Positions 63,251 through 64,000 of a stretch of 64,000 bases of DNA are shown piece after piece. The DNA comes from Chiloscyllium plagiosum (Eukaryota). The notes beneath the pieces were generated by a model, which was not told the origin of the DNA, made no database searches, and worked only from the letters and a program-made list of their open reading frames with translations. Position 1 is the first letter of the stretch. Each line of letters begins with the position of its first letter. The DNA is taken from positions 55,221,077-55,285,076 of the forward strand of contig NC_057719.1 of the NCBI RefSeq assembly GCF_004010195.1, given 5' to 3'. Position numbers and translations under genes: made by a program.

Positions 63251-64000
63251 CTCCTGTTCCCTGGATGCTGCCTGACCTGCTGTGCTGTTCCAGCAATAAA
63301 GTTTCAACCTTGCTATCATTACACCCTTTGGTTTGTCCAAATTCTTGTGTGTACCTTTTGGCCTTAATATTAGGCAGAATCTATTGTAGCCGAACATACA
63401 ATGGATGCAAAATGAATATATTTGATCCCAGGCCCAATACCTGTGTCTGAAAGCGGAAGCATCCTCTACTTTTGGGAGCCATAAGACACAACAGTATTTA
63501 ATTGCAATCATTACAATCAACGGACACACATTTATGATGTGTCTAAATGCCGGCACCCATTGTTGGGGATCTATCCAGTTTATCAGTCCAGCCTTAAAGC
63601 AGTCCTGCAGGCAGTAGAATGAGTCAGATGGTTTGAATATTGAACATTTATTCAGATGAGTTCAGAATAATGACAGGTTGAGCACCAGCAAATGTTAAGG
63701 AATAGAACAGGGGAAATAACTGAAGTGTGAAAGGCAAAGAACAGTTTCGTATGGTGCACAAGCAAAGACTGAAGAATTTTATAATTAACGCAGCAGCTGC
63801 TCTTGACTGCTGCAAATAAATTGCAGGGAAATTAATTTTTTTGTGGTATTGGAACATTATGGTGCAATAATTAAGTAAAATAATTAAGACAATTAAACTT
63901 GTTTCCATAACAACCAATGTAATAGTAAATTGTGTTCCAGTGTTATACTTGCCATTTCAAAAACTGTAGTTTAGAACCATCCAGATTCTGATGCATATGT

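Larger units (their letters stand above)
61949..63309. mobile_element. Young palindromic Penelope-like element spanning the assembly gap, 13-bp TSD
   Basis: ttgctatcattac at 61936-61948 and 63310-63322; inverted arms ~61986-62240 and ~63064-63308; GIY-YIG C-terminus (EEERLIFRL) at ~62835-63010. Confidence 0.93.

Noticed and set aside
61908..63342. Second direct repeat ggtttgtccaaat on both sides of the PLE
   Set aside because: Its order relative to the TSD indicates a short repeat already present in the target, not part of the insertion

Overview
Eukaryotic, repeat-dense vertebrate DNA. The repeat families (HE1-type tRNA SINE, CR1 LINEs, Penelope remnants carrying the 'ccagcatctgcagtcctcactttc' motif) point to a cartilaginous fish, probably a shark; this is inference from recalled families, with no database search. 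Most of the window is decayed transposable elements: many CR1 fragments plus one ~4.1-kb near-complete CR1 (esterase ORF1 and APE/RT ORF2, disrupted), a second CR1/L2-group LINE, RTE and Rex/Babar remnants, Penelope-like elements (PLEs), SINEs, solo LTRs, Copia, Gypsy and Harbinger fossils, and two Tigger-like MITEs. There is a 594-N assembly gap. Almost all ORFs in the supplied track are TE fragments or chance. Most notable: (i) three phase-compatible candidate exons (4054-4111, 14357-14438, 17872-18058) that splice into an unrecognised 108-aa putatively secreted protein; (ii) three poly(A)-tailed inserts stacked at one target motif inside a solo LTR, suggesting a site-specific retroposon; (iii) minimal hammerhead ribozymes in several PLE families; (iv) two local inverted duplications. 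Boundaries were read by eye and are approximate unless TSDs are quoted.
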